A stretch of DNA of 13,103 nt. It comes from Leptolyngbyaceae cyanobacterium (GTDB lineage: Bacteria; Cyanobacteriota; Cyanobacteriia; Phormidesmidales; Phormidesmidaceae). The notes beneath the pieces are model-generated. The model was not told the DNA's origin. It made no database searches and was given only the letters and a program-made list of their open reading frames with translations. Position 1 is the first letter of the stretch, and every line of letters starts with the position of its first letter. The stretch spans positions 1 through 13,103 of the forward strand of contig JBHJHA010000099.1 of NCBI GenBank assembly GCA_050331235.1, given 5' to 3'. Position numbers and translations under genes: made by a program. Of this stretch, positions 9,074 to 13,103 are shown piece by piece.

Positions 9074-10555
9074 GTGGCTAGTGGCCTGACCAACAACCAA
9101 TCCTTAGTATTACGCCCAGCCCACCGCGAGACCGTTTTTTGTAAAACGCTGGTGGTGGGAAATTCCATTGCTGCTTATACGGCTACCCTGGCGATTTTGC
9201 AGGCAGGGGGCCAGGTTTGCTGGGTTCAAGCGGGCCCTCTGAATCTAGGCAAAACCCTGGCGCAGCACCAGCAGACTCAACGGGCAGAATCCCGGTTTAG
9301 CTGGCGGCAGGGGCGGCGCATATCGCCATGGGAAGACGCGACGGTAATGTCACAAAGCCAGCAGGCCTTTTGGGCTAGCTGGCAGCCCCAACTGACAATC
9401 GCAGCGGCCAATTCCCGTTCTGCCAGGGCTCAGCGGGCTGTTTTGCCTGCTGCGGCCCCGTCTAACCCCGCCTCTCGGGATCGTCAGTTTCGCGAGGCGA
9501 TCGCTCCCTACTTGCAAAATCAGCAGCTCATCCTGATTTCCCAGGGCATTCCTATCCGAGTGCTGTATACCCATAGTCGGGGGCACCGGCGCGTTCATCA
9601 GGTTGTCTTTCAAGAAACCACGACCCATCAGCGGTTTCAGGTGCATGCGCGGTTGGTGTTAGATGCTACGCCAGAGGCACGGCTACTCGCCGACCTCGTT
9701 GAAGACGCAGGGGACTCCCTACCGGCAGAATTGGTGCTGACTCGATCGCAGCTCCAAACCGCCTGGCGGCAAACCGCGCGGGGCATCTTTTTTACCGATA
9801 CGATTGCGGTGGTAATGGCTAACGGTGAGGATAAACGTACCCAACCATGCCCATTGGCGGTACCGCTGCGATCGCTCATGCTGCAAAAGACCGATGGGTT
9901 TCTCTGTGTCAGTTTGCCGGGCTGTACGTCCGATTTGCGATCGCTCTTTCAGCAGCCCCGAGCGCAGTGGGCCCTAGGAGAAGCCGCGGGACAGGTAGCG
10001 GCCCGGGCAGCCCAGATAGGCGGATTACAAGCGCTGAGAGCGACCGACCATTGGCCCTGGAGGCTGCAACAAACTCTGGTACGGCAAGGAATTCCCCTAT
10101 TTGCTTTTGACGATGTTGATCTAAAGGATCCAGACTTTGAGGCGATTCAAATGGTGGCGATCGCTGACGTGGTCAGAACAACCCGCCGCCGCGACCTCAG
10201 CTTTCGTCCCGAAACGCCTGTTACCAAAGCTGTTTTGGCCTCAGCCCTGATGCGACTGCCGCCACCCCAACAACAGCCCACCCCAGACGCCGCTGAGGCG
10301 CTGCAGGATGTCACGGCTAATCACTGGGCGGTTGACGCGATTCAGGCGGTGATCGCCCGGCAACTCCTTACCCTAGAGACGGAGTCTCACTTTGCCCCGA
10401 GCAAGGTGATTTCTCAACGGCAGCTAGGGCAGGTACTCCAGCCGCTCTACCCGGCAGATATCGTTCCTCCTTTATCTCGGGACAATACTCCAGCCCGGCG
10501 ACGTCATCTCTCGCGATCGCTGTATCCGATTATCAACTCGCGGCTGAGCTCCTAA
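9074..10555 (+). CDS. Divergent FAD-dependent oxidoreductase-like protein with C-terminal S-layer homology (SLH)-like repeats
   Basis: The N-terminus is Rossmann-like (TLVVGNSIAAYTATLAILQAGGQVCWV), followed by LVLDAT, VPLRSL and WALGEAAG. SLH-like segments: FDDVDLKDPDFEAIQ...FRPETPVTK and LQDVTANHWAVDAIQ...FAPSKVISQ. The GTG start is uncertain. Confidence 0.75.
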   Translation: MASGLTNNQSLVLRPAHRETVFCKTLVVGNSIAAYTATLAILQAGGQVCWVQAGPLNLGKTLAQHQQTQRAESRFSWRQGRRISPWEDATVMSQSQQAFWASWQPQLTIAAANSRSARAQRAVLPAAAPSNPASRDRQFREAIAPYLQNQQLILISQGIPIRVLYTHSRGHRRVHQVVFQETTTHQRFQVHARLVLDATPEARLLADLVEDAGDSLPAELVLTRSQLQTAWRQTARGIFFTDTIAVVMANGEDKRTQPCPLAVPLRSLMLQKTDGFLCVSLPGCTSDLRSLFQQPRAQWALGEAAGQVAARAAQIGGLQALRATDHWPWRLQQTLVRQGIPLFAFDDVDLKDPDFEAIQMVAIADVVRTTRRRDLSFRPETPVTKAVLASALMRLPPPQQQPTPDAAEALQDVTANHWAVDAIQAVIARQLLTLETESHFAPSKVISQRQLGQVLQPLYPADIVPPLSRDNTPARRRHLSRSLYPIINSRLSS

Positions 10556-10670
10556 GGTCCCGACCGGGCAATTTTAGCTCGGTGCGGTCATTTGTTACCG
10601 AGGGGTATCTACAGCCGGCTATCGGTCGTGATATCTGTAGGGATGATCTTTACTCCTACATGGTGAAAAT

Positions 10671-11102
10671 ATGGATTTGATGAGCATGGTTGGTCAAGCG
10701 ATCGAACGCTCTGACACCGAAGCCAGCAATGATTTGATGGGGTCGGTACTCGGTGCCCTCAACAACGCCCCGGTAGAAAATAATAAAATCGGCGACGTTG
10801 CCAGTGCTTTTCAGAATGAACTACAGAAAAAAGGCGATGCGAACTCTCTCATCGGGTCGCTACAAAGCGTTGCCGCGACGGGAGCGATCGAACAGCTGCT
10901 CGGCTCTCAACAAGTCGTTGACCTAGCCCAGCGGGTCGGCGTACAACCGGAAATGGTGCGCAGCGTAACGCCCTTAATTGCTCAGTTTTTGGTGAAAGGG
11001 TCAAATTCTCGAGGGGGGGGCCTGCTTGAGAAGGTATTGGCAGGCGACGTTGACCTTGGACAAATGGCTGGTCTAATTGGGATGGCCAGCAAGTTTATGT
11101 AA
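10671..11102 (+). CDS. Small helical Gly/Leu-rich protein, YidB/DUF937-like
   Basis: 143 aa. 'IEQLLGSQQVVDLAQRVGVQPEMVRSVTPLIAQFL' resembles the YidB/DUF937 core, and the GGGLL...GDVDLG tail fits. The family call is tentative. Confidence 0.7.
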   Translation: MDLMSMVGQAIERSDTEASNDLMGSVLGALNNAPVENNKIGDVASAFQNELQKKGDANSLIGSLQSVAATGAIEQLLGSQQVVDLAQRVGVQPEMVRSVTPLIAQFLVKGSNSRGGGLLEKVLAGDVDLGQMAGLIGMASKFM

Positions 11103-11120
11103 TCTCAATGCTTTAGAAAG

Positions 11121-11164
11121 TTTGCCCCTGGGCCTCAAACTACGTTGCCAGGTTCGGGGGCAAA
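11121..11164. terminator. Hairpin between convergent genes (terminator or 3'-stabilising stem)
   Basis: TTTGCCCCTGGGCCT / AGGTTCGGGGGCAAA forms a 15-bp stem on + with three G-U pairs, 18 bp after the stop at 11102. There is no strong U-tract on +. Confidence 0.6.
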
Positions 11165-11210
11165 GCCAAACTTCTGACGCAAGAATTTGACGGACAAACT
11201 ATGCCGGACC

Positions 11211-11396
11211 CTAAGGATCAGCTCTCAGAGCTAAGCTGTAGATCGCTAGACGTTTGACGCCTTCATACAAGGTTTTGTTGCCATCAGCAGCACGACGAAC
11301 CTCGTTAGCACCGATCAAAAAAACGGCCCAAAGTGCCAGAACAACTACAACACGGCGACAAATGGCAAAACAACAAAGGTCGGAGGACTTATACAT
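11211..11396 (-). CDS. Small (61 aa) Cys-rich single-pass membrane protein, hypothetical
   Basis: MYKSSDLCCFAICRRVVVVLALWAVFLIGANEVRRAADGNKTLYEGVKRLAIYSLALRADP. RR is followed by a 15-residue hydrophobic helix. The ORF fills an otherwise empty gap. An alternative start is at 11456. Confidence 0.55.
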   Translation of the reverse strand: MYKSSDLCCFAICRRVVVVLALWAVFLIGANEVRRAADGNKTLYEGVKRLAIYSLALRADP

Positions 11397-11468
11397 ACTC
11401 AGCAAGTCCCATTGATGAGTAGGGACTAACAGTAGAACAACATTGAGTATCTTCATCCTATCGGGTTA

Positions 11469-11481
11469 GAGGATTATCCTC
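11469..11481. promoter_or_regulatory. Perfect palindrome GAGGAT-T-ATCCTC, candidate operator
   Basis: 6-bp arms with a 1-nt centre. It overlaps a GATAAT -10-like hexamer on the minus strand upstream of the small ORF. Confidence 0.4.
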
Positions 11482-11499
11482 CATAACGAAATATTGGAG

Positions 11500-11517
11500 T
11501 TTACGTAAAGTTACGTA
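11500..11517. promoter_or_regulatory. HLR1-like direct repeat (candidate RpaB site)
   Basis: TTTACGTA-AA-GTTACGTA compared with the HLR1 consensus (G/T)TTACA(T/A)(T/A)-N2-(G/T)TTACA(T/A)(T/A): 7 of 8 in each half, with correct spacing. Confidence 0.55.
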
Positions 11518-11524
11518 TTGCCGG

Positions 11525-12121
11525 CTAGTCAGGTTCTCGCTTGAGTCGTCGTGGTCGGCGGCGATCGCCGACTTCGGCCTGCTCTAGATACCAGCGTCGC
11601 CAGACTTGGGAAGTGCGTAAGGCTAACCAGAGCAAAAACAGCGCGATTAAGCCCCCTTGCTGAGGCGCGTCAAAGGCAAATAGCACCAAACAAATGCATA
11701 GCAGGTCTTCGAGGGCAATCAGCCAGGGCGAAGGCTGCTTAAGTCGATAAAGCCACCCCAAATGGACTAAGTGAATTAGGAGAGCCAAGGTGCCCCCCAG
11801 CGCCCCCAAAACAGCCGTGATCCACCCTTCGAGTTGAAATGTGCGTGCCACGGCAATGCCTGCGATCGCACCTACTGCAGGACTTAACGCGATCTCGATA
11901 CTTTGCACCAACCGCTGCATCAGTCGCTGTTTCGAAAAGATGAGCTCCGCTAATGACCAACTCACCAACCCTCCCACAACGAACGTTGGAGGTAGTTTGG
12001 ACAGCAAGGGGACTTGAGCCCAGAGCTCTCCCGAGAGTAGGCCAATTAGCAGCAGCGGCAGCGCAATCCGAAATCCGGCTGCAGCTGAGACCGACAGGAC
12101 CGCTAACAGTTCAGTAATCAT
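11525..12121 (-). CDS. DUF4126-like integral membrane protein
   Basis: 198 aa with several TM helices. SAAAGFRIALPLL, AELIFSK, LSPAVGA and IALED match the DUF4126 pattern as I recall it. Confidence 0.8.
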   Translation of the reverse strand: MITELLAVLSVSAAAGFRIALPLLLIGLLSGELWAQVPLLSKLPPTFVVGGLVSWSLAELIFSKQRLMQRLVQSIEIALSPAVGAIAGIAVARTFQLEGWITAVLGALGGTLALLIHLVHLGWLYRLKQPSPWLIALEDLLCICLVLFAFDAPQQGGLIALFLLWLALRTSQVWRRWYLEQAEVGDRRRPRRLKREPD

Positions 12122-12170
12122 CAGATGTCGCCCTAAATGGCTATGCTGAGGAGGAGGTACTCTTTCAACA

Positions 12171-12188
12171 TAGAGTATTGCTACTCTA
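12171..12188. promoter_or_regulatory. Palindrome TAGAGTA-ttgc-TACTCTA in divergent promoter region
   Basis: Perfect 7-bp arms lying between the divergent DUF4126-like and rhomboid genes. Confidence 0.4.
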
Positions 12189-12296
12189 ACCTTCTACTCA
12201 ATGTGGGAGTGTCCAGCGAAAACTTCCCAGCAATTTAGGCATTCCTGCCAAATTGAAAGATTTAGCCATCCGAGCTGTCCATTCGTTTACGATGCA

Positions 12297-12890
12297 ATGT
12301 CGCGATTTTTTAGTAAGTCAATTTGGCAGGCCCCCAAAAATCCTATTTGGTTACTGGTCGGACTGATCAGCCTGCTGTGGGGAATCCAGATTGTCAATGT
12401 CGGTTTGTTTGATGGTCGACTTGTATTGAACGGTATCTACCCTCGTCAAATAGAGGAGCTCCAAGGCATTTTATGGGCTCCGCTGCTGCACGGCAGCTTT
12501 GGACATTTGCTCGCCAACACCCTGCCCCTACTGACTCTCGGGGGCCTGATTATGTTGGGCAAGGCCGAAGACTTTTGGGCCGTCACTGCATTGTCTGCTC
12601 TGAGCAGTGGCCTCGGGACCTGGTTAATTGGAGCGCCAAATTCAGTGCATGTGGGAGCCAGCGGCGTGGCGTTTGGTTATTTTGGCTATTTGCTATTGAG
12701 GGGATATTTTGATCGCAGTGCGTTTGCGATCGCGTCAACCATTTTGGTTCTGGTTTTCTACGGCAGCTTCTTAGCCGGAGTTCTTCCCAGTCAACCCGGC
12801 ATTTCTTGGGAAGGACATTTGTTTGGCTTTATGGGGGGTAGTCTTTCGGCTTGGCTGCTCTCTAGACCGTCGCAGTCTGGGCGTCGATAG
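12297..12890 (+). CDS. Rhomboid-family intramembrane serine protease
   Basis: LLHGSFGHLLAN (H...H...N), catalytic VGASG and SWEGHLFG motifs, with multiple TM helices. ATG 12297 is preferred over 12201. Confidence 0.93.
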   Translation: MSRFFSKSIWQAPKNPIWLLVGLISLLWGIQIVNVGLFDGRLVLNGIYPRQIEELQGILWAPLLHGSFGHLLANTLPLLTLGGLIMLGKAEDFWAVTALSALSSGLGTWLIGAPNSVHVGASGVAFGYFGYLLLRGYFDRSAFAIASTILVLVFYGSFLAGVLPSQPGISWEGHLFGFMGGSLSAWLLSRPSQSGRR

Positions 12891-13005
12891 CTTTTGACAC
12901 CGGAAAAATATTGCTGCGAGGCTGTGGCAAGTACTCGGGAATTGGGGAGAGCGGACCAGGGAAACAGCGATTGCCTTAGTGGCCACAACCCAGCCAAATA
13001 GGCCC

Positions 13006-13103
13006 CTAATCATCATAATAAGCGTCAATCACCTCGGCGGTGAAGGTCCCTTCAGGTTCAACCGAGCCGCGAAACTGAGCAACGGGATCCTGCGTGACGG
13101 TAT
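13006..13103 (-). CDS. Partial CDS (3' end), unidentified
   Basis: One minus-strand frame stays open from the window edge: ...TVTQDPVAQFRGSVEPEGTFTAEVIDAYYDD*, with TAG at 13006-13008. It has a protein-like acidic tail and is convergent with the rhomboid gene. Confidence 0.55.
   Translation of the reverse strand, partial: TVTQDPVAQFRGSVEPEGTFTAEVIDAYYDD

Noticed and set aside
12174..12185. Possible cyanobacterial LexA box or NtcA site (AGTA-N4-TACT)
   Set aside because: The spacing fits neither LexA (RGTAC-N3-DGTWC) nor NtcA (GTA-N8-TAC).
12201..12296. Cys/His-containing N-terminal extension of the rhomboid
   Set aside because: This is probably an untranslated leader that happens to be open. 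ATG 12297 gives a normal compact rhomboid.

Overview
Cyanobacterial chromosomal DNA: I count about 25 copies of the HIP1 octamer GCGATCGC, and core genes are roughly 55% GC by spot-check. The left edge (1-745) is accessory DNA. It holds the right end of a probable ISAs1-family IS, then an AT-richer GNAT acetyltransferase pseudogene with two in-frame stops, bracketed by a 13-bp direct repeat. Next come minus-strand carbon-metabolism genes (pgm, a histidine phosphatase, ackA), a structured intergenic region with a 96-bp hairpin/MITE-like element, a pentapeptide-repeat lipoprotein and tldD. On the plus strand are a membrane HAMP adenylate cyclase, a degenerate FAD-oxidoreductase/SLH protein and a small YidB/DUF937-like protein. 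The right end has a small Cys-rich membrane ORF with an HLR1-like upstream motif, a DUF4126-like membrane protein, a rhomboid protease and the 3' end of an unidentified minus-strand gene. No CRISPR, rRNA or tRNA was found. The best leads are the repeat-bounded GNAT cassette next to the IS end, the 96-bp element, the regulated small protein and the probable pseudo-enzyme. All are unconfirmed without database searches.
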